Positions 63,521 to 64,000 of a stretch of 64,000 nt of DNA are shown one piece after another. The DNA is from Sphaerodactylus townsendi (Eukaryota), in the NCBI RefSeq assembly GCF_021028975.2, contig NW_025950341.1:806001-870000 (forward strand). Direction: 5' to 3'. Position 1 is the stretch's first letter. Every line of letters starts with the position of its first letter. Below the pieces are notes generated by a model. The model saw only the letters and a list, made by a program, of their open reading frames with translations. It was not told the origin of the DNA and ran no database searches. A program made the position numbers and the translations under genes.

Positions 63521-64000
63521 CAAGGGCTGGGTTGATACTTGGGATCAGCCATAGGCGAGGGGTTATTTTTTTAGTGCCACAGAGATCTATAGAAAAAATG
63601 TGTTACTGGTTGAAGGGGGTTGGGTTTAAATGTATTATTCATAAATAATGTACAGTCTTTGTTTTATTTAGAAAACTAATTGGATGAGTTGTACCCATCT
63701 CCGAATCTCTAATTTAAGTCATTGGGGACAGAGAAAGGTGTGACACTGGACCTGAGACATATCCAGCAATGATGGAGAAAACAATGGTTTGGTTCCAACA
63801 CATCATTTCCATGGGCAGAAGTATTTTCACCTATGGAGCATGACTTTCTTGGCCCTCCCTTCTTCTGCCACCTGAAATGCCTTTCCAAAATGCTGCTCTT
63901 TGGGGACAGGAGACCCAAAAACAGTATTGGGGGGGGGGCGTATTTTGAGCTGCATTAGGAAGGAGAAGCAGGAAAATCATGCTATGCAGGCAGAAATCCT

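Overview
Repeat-rich, essentially non-coding vertebrate DNA, most likely from a gecko (inferred from abundant Squam3-like CORE SINEs with CTT tails, 5S-Sauria-like and Squam2-like SINEs), with three assembly gaps. No intact host protein-coding exon could be recognised. Every ORF with a recognisable protein domain belongs to a retrotransposon: Penelope/Poseidon RT+GIY-YIG, L1-clade RT, CR1, R4/Dong C-terminus and RTE-X-like C-terminus. The main host feature is a CpG-island promoter (~22260-22990) with divergent splice donors on both flanks and a candidate non-coding minus-strand exon at 14734-14853. Most interesting observations: (1) five Penelope-borne minimal hammerhead ribozyme motifs, three with an intact core; (2) a palindromic module with convergent CTCF-like motifs that appears inside several DNA-transposon shells with different termini; (3) three cases where a transposon interior holds a direct copy of sequence lying 0.9-4.4 kb downstream; (4) palindromic hAT MITEs carrying the ACTACAATTCCCA (ZNF143/THAP11-associated) motif. 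All calls were made by eye, family names are unverified, and boundaries without a stated TSD are approximate.
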